Assembly: GCA_947627315.1 (NCBI GenBank)
Contig: CANQVN010000002.1
Coordinates: 1 to 45,806 of the forward strand
DNA length: 45,806 nucleotides
Origin: an uncultured Clostridia bacterium
GTDB taxonomy: Bacteria; Bacillota; Clostridia; Oscillospirales; QAKW01
Reading direction: 5' to 3'
Shown in pieces: positions 37,470-45,713 of this stretch. Position numbers and translations under genes: made by a program. Numbering within the stretch: the stretch's first letter is position 1; each line of letters starts with the position of its first letter. The notes below the pieces were generated by a model. The model saw only the letters and a list, made by a program, of their open reading frames with translations, was not told where the DNA came from and searched no databases.

Positions 37470-40061
37470 TTATTGCCTGGCTTTATTTGAAAGCTCGTAC
37501 AGCAGCGACATCGCCTCGATGGGCGTTATCGTGCTGACGTCGATATTTTTCAGCTTCTCTATTATTTCATCTTTGCCGATATCGGCAAAGGAAACCTGCG
37601 CGTCGATTTGCTGCGGGCGGGTAACTATTTTTACCCTTTCCCCCGTTTCAAGCTCTTTTAATATCTCTTTTGCACGCTTGACTATCGCGCTGTCAATTCC
37701 CGCAAGCGCGGCGACCTCGATGCCGAAGCTGTCGTCTGTCCCGCCGGGTACGATTTTTCTCAAAAACACTATTTCATCGCCCCGCTTTTTAACGGCGACG
37801 TTGAAGTTGACGACCCCATCGACACTGTCGGCAAGCTCGCACAGCTCGTGGTAATGGGTCGCAAACAGGGTTTTTGCTCCAAGCTTCTTTTTGTTCGCTA
37901 CATGCTCCACAACAGCCTTTGCTATGCTCATACCGTCGTAGGTCGACGTTCCCCGCCCTATTTCGTCAAACACAAGAAAGCTGTTTTTCGTCGCGTTTTT
38001 AAGGATTGCCGCAACCTCCAGCATCTCCAGCATAAATGTGGACTGACCCGACGCCAAATCGTCCGACGCGCCGACACGTGTGAAAATTTTATCCACGACC
38101 CCGATGCACGCGCTTTTGGCGGGGACAAACGAGCCGACCTGAGCCATAAGTATTATCATCGCGTTTTGACGCATATAGGTCGATTTCCCCGCCATATTCG
38201 GTCCTGTCAATATCATCATACGGTTTTCGCGGCAGTCAAGACTCATACTGTTTGGCACAAACAGCGAGTCTTTAAGAACCGTTTCGATAACCGGATGTCT
38301 GCCGTCTGTAATTTCTATTCTGTCGCCCGTATCAACGTCGGGACGGACATAGTTGTTTTGCTGCGCCACAGCGGCAAACGATATCAGCACGTCCAGCATC
38401 GCCAGTGCGTCGCTCGTGCTTTTTATCTCGGCGGAGGCGTCCTTTACAAGGTCGCGAAGCATACAGAACAGCTCATACTCCCGCGCCTGCTCCCGCTCGG
38501 ACGCATAGAGTATCTTTGTTTCAAGCTCCTTTAGCTCCTCTGTTATAAACCGCTCGCAGTTTGCAAGCGTCTGTTTTCTGATATACCTTTCGGGAACAAG
38601 CTCAAAATAGAGCTTTGTGACCTCTATATAATAACCGAAAACGCGGTTATAGCCTATTTTAAGCGATTTTATGCCCGTCTTTTCCTTCTCGCTCTGTTCA
38701 AGCGCGGAGATAAGCGATTTTGCGTCTCTTTTCAGGTGGCGGTTTTCGTCCACGACGCTGTCAAAGCCGTCTTTTATCATACCGCCCTCACGAACGGTAA
38801 AAGGCGGATTGTCTATTATCGCCGCGTCTATTTTTTCCAAAAGCTCTCTCTGCTCTGTGATTTGCGAGCAAAGCTGACGCAAAAGCTGAGAGTCAAAGCC
38901 GGAAAGAGTCGCCTTTATTTCGGGTAAAGCGGAAAAGGCGCTTTTAAAGGCGATAAGGTCCTTGGCGTTGCCCGAACCCAACATCATCCGCGTCATCAGC
39001 CTGTCAAGGTCGTGTACAAGCTTTAACGCATCGGTAAGCCTGTCCCTTTCGATAAGCCTTTTTTTCAGCTCGTCCACCGCGTCCAGCCGCTTTTCAATCT
39101 CGGTCACCTTGACAAGCGGACGCTCCAGAATTGTGCGCAGTCTGCGTCCGCCCATAGAGGTTTTTGTCTTATCCAAAACGCCGAGCAGCGAACCCTGCTT
39201 TGTCCCGTGACGCATACTCTCCGTTATTTCAAGGTTGCGGCGGGTACTGATATCAAGCTCCATAAACTGGGCTTTTGAATATACCTCAAGCTTGTTCATA
39301 TATCCTATCTCGCATTTCTGCGTCTGTGCTATGTAGGAAAGCGCGGAATAGAGCGAAACAAGCTGCGCCTCGTTTTCTATTTCAAGCTCGGAAAGCGACG
39401 CCGCGCCGAAATGAGACAGCACCGCCCTGGATATTTCGTTTTGGTCAAAGCCGTCGTCAAACGTGGAGATAATCGCGCCCAGCCGCTCGGTGCAAAAGGA
39501 GACGACCTGCGACATCGCAAGCGTCTTTTCCGTCACAAGCAGCTCGCGCGGGGAGAATTTACAAAGCTCGTTTATAACGTCCTGCTCGGTAAAATCGGAT
39601 ATGCCGGTCAAAAACAGCTCGCCTGTCGAAACGTCCGCAAAGCAGAGCGCCATAGTGTCGTACCGGACGGAAAGCGCCGCGAAAAAGTTGTTTTTCGCCG
39701 CGTCCAGCATATCGCTGTCGGTCACCGTGCCGGGAGTTATGACCTTTACGACCTCTCTTTTGACAAGCCCCTTTGCCGATTTCGGATCTTCCACCTGGTC
39801 GCACACGCACACCTTATGACCGCCCGCTATAAGACGGGCTATATATCCGTCGCAGGAGTGATAGGGCATCCCGCACATGGGCGCGCGCTTTTCAAGCCCG
39901 CAGTCCTTGCCTGTGAGCGTCATATCAAGCTCTTTTGACACAGTCACGGCGTCGTCGAAAAACATCTCGTAAAAATCCCCGACCCTGTAAAGCAGAATAT
40001 GGTCGGGATACTGCTTTTTGACTTCGAGATACTGCTCCATCATAGGTGATATTTTCGACAT
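37470..40061 (-). CDS. mutS: DNA mismatch repair protein MutS
   Basis: TPMMEQYL-type N-terminus (SPMMEQYLEVK), GDFYEMF, Walker A GPNMAGKST, and DEIGRGTSTYDG. Confidence 0.97.
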   Translation of the reverse strand: MSKISPMMEQYLEVKKQYPDHILLYRVGDFYEMFFDDAVTVSKELDMTLTGKDCGLEKRAPMCGMPYHSCDGYIARLIAGGHKVCVCDQVEDPKSAKGLVKREVVKVITPGTVTDSDMLDAAKNNFFAALSVRYDTMALCFADVSTGELFLTGISDFTEQDVINELCKFSPRELLVTEKTLAMSQVVSFCTERLGAIISTFDDGFDQNEISRAVLSHFGAASLSELEIENEAQLVSLYSALSYIAQTQKCEIGYMNKLEVYSKAQFMELDISTRRNLEITESMRHGTKQGSLLGVLDKTKTSMGGRRLRTILERPLVKVTEIEKRLDAVDELKKRLIERDRLTDALKLVHDLDRLMTRMMLGSGNAKDLIAFKSAFSALPEIKATLSGFDSQLLRQLCSQITEQRELLEKIDAAIIDNPPFTVREGGMIKDGFDSVVDENRHLKRDAKSLISALEQSEKEKTGIKSLKIGYNRVFGYYIEVTKLYFELVPERYIRKQTLANCERFITEELKELETKILYASEREQAREYELFCMLRDLVKDASAEIKSTSDALAMLDVLISFAAVAQQNNYVRPDVDTGDRIEITDGRHPVIETVLKDSLFVPNSMSLDCRENRMMILTGPNMAGKSTYMRQNAMIILMAQVGSFVPAKSACIGVVDKIFTRVGASDDLASGQSTFMLEMLEVAAILKNATKNSFLVFDEIGRGTSTYDGMSIAKAVVEHVANKKKLGAKTLFATHYHELCELADSVDGVVNFNVAVKKRGDEIVFLRKIVPGGTDDSFGIEVAALAGIDSAIVKRAKEILKELETGERVKIVTRPQQIDAQVSFADIGKDEIIEKLKNIDVSTITPIEAMSLLYELSNKARQ

Positions 40062-40063
40062 TT

Positions 40064-40471
40064 TTACTCTCCCCTGCCGCAGCCGCCGCAGGTGGCGCAG
40101 GAGCCTGTACAGCCGCTCTGTTCGCCGCCCGTTATGTAAAAGTTTATTATGTTGTTTATCTGTCCTACAAGCTGCTCCACAGCGGCGCTTTTTTGCTGAT
40201 ACTCGGTCATTACCTTGTGCGACATTATCTTGTCGTAAATCTCCCGCAGCTTGTCCTCATGCCCGGCAATACGCTGCTCATCGGGGTTTTCCTGCTTTGA
40301 TATCGCCGCGATTGAAAACTTGTGCAGATTAAACTGACCGTTTAAGTCCTGAAGCTCCGCATTTTGCTCGTATGCCGCTCTTGCGGCGGCAAGCTCTTTT
40401 ACCTCGTCGCTCTGCGCGACAAGCTTGCCGAGCTCTCTTGCCTTTTCGATTATCTGCGCGTTATCTGCCAT
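40064..40471 (-). CDS. YlbF/YmcA (RicA-like) family protein with a C-terminal CX3CX2CX2C tail
   Basis: About 135 aa and helical. The IIEKARELGKLVAQSDEVKEL pattern resembles the Com_YlbF family. It sits between miaB and mutS, as ymcA does in B. subtilis. The ATG at 40471 overlaps the miaB stop (TAATG), with a GGGGAG RBS. Confidence 0.68.
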   Translation of the reverse strand: MADNAQIIEKARELGKLVAQSDEVKELAAARAAYEQNAELQDLNGQFNLHKFSIAAISKQENPDEQRIAGHEDKLREIYDKIMSHKVMTEYQQKSAAVEQLVGQINNIINFYITGGEQSGCTGSCATCGGCGRGE

Positions 40472-41850
40472 TATACCGTCTCCCCTGCCAAACTCCATGT
40501 TTTACATTCTGTTATTTTCACAAAAGCAAAACCGCCTATAAGCGAGCTTTCTCCCTTAAAATCTACCGTTTTTCCGCCCTCGGTCTTGCCGGTGAGCACG
40601 TTTTTATCCGTCTTGCTTGTACCCTCGACAAATACCTTTACCGTTTTATTCAAAAGCCGCTCGTTCTTTTTGCGTGATATGGGGTGAATAACCTCCAAAA
40701 GCCTGTCAAACCGCCGCTGTTTTTGCTCATCGGTTACAGGGTCTGCCATCACCGCCGCGGGAGTACCCTCCCGCTTTGAATAGATAAATGTGAAAAGGTT
40801 GTCAAATTCCACTCTTTTTACAAGCTCCACCGTTTTTTCAAACTCCGCCTCCGTCTCCCCGGGAAAGCCGACGATAACGTCGCTTGTAAGCGCTATATCG
40901 GGCATTTTTTCTTTTGCGTAATCTATGAGCGACACGTATTTTTCCGCGGTGTAACGCCTGTTCATAGCGTCAAGCACCCTGTCGCTTCCCGATTGGAACG
41001 GAAGGTGGAGCTGTCTGCACACCTTATCGCACTCCGCCATAGTGTCAAGCAGCTTGTGCGTACAGTCCTTGGGATGGCTTGTGACAAACCTCAGCCAAAA
41101 ATCCCCCTCAATGCCGTTTAGCTCCCGCAAAAGATCCGCAAAATCACAACCGCCTGCAAGATCTTTTCCGTAAGAATTGACATTTTGCCCGAGCAGAGTT
41201 ATATCCTTAAATCCGTCTTTTACAAGCGAGCGAGCCTCGTTTACAATATCCTCCGCCTTCCGGCTGCGCTCCCTGCCGCGCACATACGGAACAATGCAGT
41301 AGGTGCAAAAGTTGTTGCAGCCGTACATCACCGTGACCCACGCCTTGCCGTTTTCCGCGCGGCGCACCGGCATACCCTCGATTATTTCGGGGATTTCACT
41401 GCGGTCAAAGCTCTTTTGCCCGTGTTCTATCGACTTGTAAAGCATCTCGGGAAACCGGCTTACAAGAGACGGACCGAATACCATATCCACATGCCGGTAT
41501 TTTTCCTTTATCTGCTTTTGCACATGCTCCTGCTGCATCATACAGCCGCAGACGGCAATTTTAAGATCCGGTCTTGCGCGTTTTATGGGTTTGAGCGCGC
41601 CGATATTCCCGTAAACCCGCATCTCGGCGTGCTCTCGCACGGCGCAGGTGTTGAAAACAACCAGATCCGCCTTTTCATAATCGTCACAAAAACCGTAGCC
41701 CGCCGCATCGAGCATACCCTTTATTATTTCGCTGTCGCTTATATTCTGCTGACAGCCGTATGTAACAACCGCCGCTTTCGGCTTTTTACCGCAAGAAGCA
41801 AAATGATTTTTGAGCAGCTTTATATACCGCTCGTACCCCGCCTCGGACAA
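40471..41850 (-). CDS. miaB: tRNA-2-methylthio-N6-dimethylallyladenosine synthase MiaB
   Basis: UPF0004 domain TYGCQQN, radical SAM CNNFCTYC, and a C-terminal TRAM domain. TTG start with an AAGGA RBS. Confidence 0.94.
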   Translation of the reverse strand: MSEAGYERYIKLLKNHFASCGKKPKAAVVTYGCQQNISDSEIIKGMLDAAGYGFCDDYEKADLVVFNTCAVREHAEMRVYGNIGALKPIKRARPDLKIAVCGCMMQQEHVQKQIKEKYRHVDMVFGPSLVSRFPEMLYKSIEHGQKSFDRSEIPEIIEGMPVRRAENGKAWVTVMYGCNNFCTYCIVPYVRGRERSRKAEDIVNEARSLVKDGFKDITLLGQNVNSYGKDLAGGCDFADLLRELNGIEGDFWLRFVTSHPKDCTHKLLDTMAECDKVCRQLHLPFQSGSDRVLDAMNRRYTAEKYVSLIDYAKEKMPDIALTSDVIVGFPGETEAEFEKTVELVKRVEFDNLFTFIYSKREGTPAAVMADPVTDEQKQRRFDRLLEVIHPISRKKNERLLNKTVKVFVEGTSKTDKNVLTGKTEGGKTVDFKGESSLIGGFAFVKITECKTWSLAGETV

Positions 41851-41890
41851 AATAAAATTCCTTTCTGCCTATAATTAACTATGATATTAT

Positions 41891-41919
41891 ATTATAACAT
41901 TATAGAGCGGGCTTGTAAA
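41891..41919 (-). promoter_or_regulatory. Predicted sigma-A promoter of the miaB...rluD array
   Basis: On the minus strand: TTTACA (41919-41914), 17 nt, TATAAT (41896-41891). Confidence 0.5.
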
Positions 41920-41929
41920 CCGTTAACTT

Positions 41930-41957
41930 AAAAAAAGCCGCGCCTTTCGGCGCGGCT
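41930..41957 (-). terminator. Intrinsic terminator of the SLH-protein gene
   Basis: Stem agccgcgcc (41936-41944), loop tttc, stem ggcgcggct (41949-41957). It is followed on the minus strand by TTTTTTT. Confidence 0.8.
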
Positions 41958-41967
41958 TTACGTCTGT

Positions 41968-44517
41968 TTAACCGATATAATCGTACAGCAGCGAGGCAAG
42001 CTTTGCTACCTGAGCGCGGGTTGCCTTGCCCTTGGGTACAAACGTCGTCGGCGTCATACCCGCGATAAATCCCGCTTTCTGGCAGGATTCAACATAGCCT
42101 TTCGCATAATTTGAAATCTCTCCGGCATCGCTGAAAACAGCGGGTGTTACGTCCTGATTAAGCGCGATGTTTTTATACTCGACGTATCTTATAATCATGG
42201 CGCACATCTGCTCGCGGGTCATCGAGTCGTTCGGCTTAAACGTGGTACTCGTAATACCGAAAACAATATCGTTTGCGTTAGCCCAGGCGACAGCTCCCGT
42301 AAAGTACCTGCCGACCTGAACATCGGAAAACGAGGTGGGAGAATTGTTGTCAACGTTCACGCCATCCATTCGTGCAAGCACGGTGACAAACATACCGCGG
42401 CTCATATCCTTATCCGGCTCGAAAGTGCTTTCTGTCATACCGTTCATTATTCCGTTTTCATAGACCTTGTCGATATATTCCTTATACCAATTCAGCGTAA
42501 GGTCGGTAAACGGATTATTGCCGACGGTCACGTTGACGTACGCCACGGCGCCGCTGTCGGTATACGCCGTTATGACCGCGCTGCCGCTGCCGTGTCCTGT
42601 GATAAATCCGTTTTCGTTCACGGTGGCTATCTCGGCGTCGCTTGTAGACCAGTGTACCATTTTATTCGGGTTGGTCTCCGAAACGGCGGCGTTTACCTTT
42701 TTGGTCTGATTGAGCGCAAGGGTAATCTCGCTCTGCGAAACGGCGACATACCCGTCGTCAGACGACGCGCCGTCCATAAACGCATTTTCATACACCGAGC
42801 GGTAGCTGTAGTCGACAGTATTGCCCGTCTGCGAGTCTGTGACGTTTGTTATGGTTATCTCATAGACGTCACCTATCGACATACTGATGCTGCGGTCATA
42901 ATAAGACACCATATAACCGCTGAGATTGAACTTGTGAGAAGACGTGTTCTCGTCGTTTTTGGAAAAATAAAAGGTTTCGCCGGTGTTAAGGCATTTGAAT
43001 ATAACGCCGGAGTTTTCCGTAAGCGAATACCGATTGTAAAACCGAGCGCTGAACATGGCGCCGCCGCCCGCGTTTGCCTCGTTTATCATAATGCCCTTTG
43101 ATGGCCAGGCGACAATCTCCGCGTCGCACGCCTGGTGTCCGTCCATCTTGTGAACGCCCTGCACCCCGAAGGAGAGCATACCGTCCACCTCTGTAGAGCC
43201 GAAACCGACATATCTCCAGTACGGGTCGAGCAGGTTATAGCGGTGTCCGCAGCTTACAGGGTCGCCATAGCTGTCGTCAAGCGCGTTCATTATGCTAACG
43301 ACAACGTTGCCGTGGTAAAGGTTTTCGTTCATACACGCCTGCGCTGTATTGTAAAACTCGTCTGTCACCCCGTCCGGCTGCGGCGGATAGTGCGGGCTGG
43401 GGTTATCTATTCCGCTTTTTGAAATATACGAGGTCAGCACCGCCTTATACTGGCACTGACGGCAGAGCTCTTCGGAAAGCTCAAGCTCGGGAAGCCCCGC
43501 TCCGACACGTATCGCGTTAAGATAGCACAGCGCGGCGTTCAGCGCGCCGTCCGACACCTTGCCGGGCGTCAGCGGCAGCGTTTCGTCCTGCGGGTGCTGG
43601 TCAAAATACTCGCCCGACCAGTTTGTGGCGCTGTTATAGATTTGACGCACCCTTTCAAGCGTCTGCTTTTCCTGCTCGGTATAGGGTACGACAGCCCGCT
43701 CGGCATAGTAGGTCTCGCGTATTGCGCCCACTATCATTCCCGCCTTTTTTGAATAATCAAAAACGGGGTATGCCTTTTCGGGAAGCGTGTAATTTCTTGC
43801 GTATTCGGCATACATACCCGGATTTGGCAGATAGCCGCCCGCCTGAAGAACATATGGCATACTCACGGCGGAGATAAGCGCAAACTCGTTGCTCCTTCCG
43901 ACTGTTTGAGTGTAATAGTAGAAATTGCTGCCGCCCTCCATAAGCTGCCTGTTTGTGTAAAAAGTGCGGCTGTCAAACTGCATCGTCCCGGCTTTTCCAA
44001 AGTAGACGGAAACCGCGTTCCACATAAGCACGGCGTGGCGCGCCACGCCCTCAGCATAGGCGATATCGCCTTCATACCGTTCCATAAGCGAGCTTACGGA
44101 GCCTGTGATATTCTGCCGGCAGTACCCCGTAACTCCCCACACTTTATTATCGTAGCTGTAAATATCGCCCGTGAGTGAGGAAAACACATTTCCCTCTCTG
44201 TCTCCGTAGCTTGCGGCGCTTGAGGAAAAGCCCTCGCCAAACACCGAGTAGCTTGCTATCCTGCCCGCCGCGTTGGTTTCGACATAGAGATAGTTTGAAT
44301 ATCCGTTATCGTAAAACGAATACGCCCAGCCGCCGAAAATCGATTTTGTCTTCAGCTTTTCCGCGCCGTACACGGAAACAACATTATCTATCGTAGATGA
44401 CGACGTAAACGACGTCCCTCGAACAGAAAACAAAAAATCATTTTCCGCGTGAGAAACGGCAAAACAGCTTATCGCCAGCACGAAAGCGACAACAAGCGAC
44501 ACTGATTTTTTCAACAT
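41968..44517 (-). CDS. Secreted cell-wall-anchored protein: signal peptide, unassigned N-terminal region, CAP/SCP (YkwD-like) domain, unassigned beta-rich region, Big_2 domain and three C-terminal SLH repeats
   Basis: Signal peptide MLKKSVSLVVAFVLAISCFAVSHA. CAP-like LNAIRVGAGLPEL...GHRYNLLDP. Big_2-like HWSTSDAEIATVNENGFITGHGSGSAVITA. Three SLH repeats in the last 182 aa (FTD..., FSDV..., FSDA...). I chose the ATG at 44517 (GGGGTG RBS) rather than 44577. Confidence 0.82.
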   Translation of the reverse strand: MLKKSVSLVVAFVLAISCFAVSHAENDFLFSVRGTSFTSSSTIDNVVSVYGAEKLKTKSIFGGWAYSFYDNGYSNYLYVETNAAGRIASYSVFGEGFSSSAASYGDREGNVFSSLTGDIYSYDNKVWGVTGYCRQNITGSVSSLMERYEGDIAYAEGVARHAVLMWNAVSVYFGKAGTMQFDSRTFYTNRQLMEGGSNFYYYTQTVGRSNEFALISAVSMPYVLQAGGYLPNPGMYAEYARNYTLPEKAYPVFDYSKKAGMIVGAIRETYYAERAVVPYTEQEKQTLERVRQIYNSATNWSGEYFDQHPQDETLPLTPGKVSDGALNAALCYLNAIRVGAGLPELELSEELCRQCQYKAVLTSYISKSGIDNPSPHYPPQPDGVTDEFYNTAQACMNENLYHGNVVVSIMNALDDSYGDPVSCGHRYNLLDPYWRYVGFGSTEVDGMLSFGVQGVHKMDGHQACDAEIVAWPSKGIMINEANAGGGAMFSARFYNRYSLTENSGVIFKCLNTGETFYFSKNDENTSSHKFNLSGYMVSYYDRSISMSIGDVYEITITNVTDSQTGNTVDYSYRSVYENAFMDGASSDDGYVAVSQSEITLALNQTKKVNAAVSETNPNKMVHWSTSDAEIATVNENGFITGHGSGSAVITAYTDSGAVAYVNVTVGNNPFTDLTLNWYKEYIDKVYENGIMNGMTESTFEPDKDMSRGMFVTVLARMDGVNVDNNSPTSFSDVQVGRYFTGAVAWANANDIVFGITSTTFKPNDSMTREQMCAMIIRYVEYKNIALNQDVTPAVFSDAGEISNYAKGYVESCQKAGFIAGMTPTTFVPKGKATRAQVAKLASLLYDYIG

Positions 44518-44548
44518 ATCTATCACCCCGTAAATTTTTTTCACACAA

Positions 44549-44577
44549 ATTATACCACGAAACAAAAGCTTTTTCAA
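44549..44577 (-). promoter_or_regulatory. Predicted sigma-A promoter of the SLH-protein gene
   Basis: On the minus strand: TTGAAA (44577-44572), 17 nt, TATAAT (44554-44549) with an extended TGg. Confidence 0.55.
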
Positions 44578-44585
44578 TCCGTTGA

Positions 44586-44614
44586 TTGAAAAAAAGAAAT
44601 GTATATGCTACAAT
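44586..44614 (+). promoter_or_regulatory. Predicted sigma-A promoter of azlCD
   Basis: TTGAAA (44586-44591), 17 nt, TACAAT (44609-44614). Confidence 0.5.
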
Positions 44615-44645
44615 TAAAGACATATTTTTCAGAGGATGACGGTAA

Positions 44646-45338
44646 ATGAAGGATTACACGGCTAAAGCCGCTTTCAAAAGCTCGCTGCCCGTTATGGTCG
44701 GATATCTCACGCTCGGCACCGCCTTTGGCGTGCTGCTCGCTCAAAAGGGGTACGGTCTTATCTGGGCGTTTGTTATGAGCCTTACAATTTACGCGGGCTC
44801 CGGTCAGATTGTTGCGGTAGACCTTATTTCGAGCGGGGCAAGCCTTATAACCAGCGCGATAATGACGCTGATTGTAAACGCAAGGCATATTTTTTACGGT
44901 ATTTCGATGCTTGAAAAATACCGCGGCACGGGAAAATACAAGCCATACCTTATTTTCTCGCTGACAGACGAAACCTACGCGCTCGTTTCGGGCGGAAACC
45001 CTGAAAACACCGATAAAGGCAGGTATTTTTTCATTCTGTCGGTTCTTAACCAGTGCTACTGGATAACGGGCAGTCTTATAGGAAACGCCATAGGTCTGTC
45101 TGTGAGCTTCAACTCTGCGGGAATCGATTTTTCAATGACGGCTCTGTTTGTCGTTATTTTTATCGAGCAACTTAAGGGGGCAAAGAGCAAGGCTCCCGCG
45201 TTTATCGGCGTTATCTGCTCGGTGCTGTGTCTGGCGGTTTTCGGCGCGGAGAATTTTCTCATCCCGTCCATGCTGCTCATAGCTGTATCGCTCAGCGTAT
45301 ACGGCGCGATTACAAGAAAGGAGAGCAAAAATGGATAA
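44646..45338 (+). CDS. azlC: AzlC-family branched-chain amino acid permease subunit
   Basis: 230 aa and polytopic. The PVMVGYLTLGTAFGVL...AGSGQ pattern is typical of AzlC. It is followed by an overlapping azlD. Confidence 0.88.
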   Translation: MKDYTAKAAFKSSLPVMVGYLTLGTAFGVLLAQKGYGLIWAFVMSLTIYAGSGQIVAVDLISSGASLITSAIMTLIVNARHIFYGISMLEKYRGTGKYKPYLIFSLTDETYALVSGGNPENTDKGRYFFILSVLNQCYWITGSLIGNAIGLSVSFNSAGIDFSMTALFVVIFIEQLKGAKSKAPAFIGVICSVLCLAVFGAENFLIPSMLLIAVSLSVYGAITRKESKNG

Positions 45339-45663
45339 AACGCTGCATGACATTCTCACCGTCGCCGTGATTGCGGCAGCGACGATGTCCACCCGCGCGC
45401 TGTCCTTTATCGTTTTTTCGGAAGGCAGAAAAATCCCCCGCGTCGTCCTGTTTTTAAGCAGGGTCTTGCCGAGCGCGGTTATCGGTATGCTTATAGTCTA
45501 CTGCTTGAGAAATATAAGCCCGCTTGCATACCCTTTCGGCGCGCCGGAGTTTATTTCGGTCGCGCTTGTGGTTTTGCTTCATCTGTGGCTTAAAAATACG
45601 CTTGTGAGCATTGTGGGCGGAACGGTCTGCTACATGCTGCTGATACAGCTTGTTTTTGTATAA
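45331..45663 (+). CDS. azlD: AzlD-family branched-chain amino acid transport protein
   Basis: 110 aa with four hydrophobic segments. It overlaps the azlC 3' end by 8 nt, the usual AzlCD arrangement. Confidence 0.82.
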   Translation: MDKTLHDILTVAVIAAATMSTRALSFIVFSEGRKIPRVVLFLSRVLPSAVIGMLIVYCLRNISPLAYPFGAPEFISVALVVLLHLWLKNTLVSIVGGTVCYMLLIQLVFV

Positions 45664-45713
45664 AACGGATACGCCGGCGCATATACATTGAGTAAAAAAA
45701 GGAAAAATGGCTC

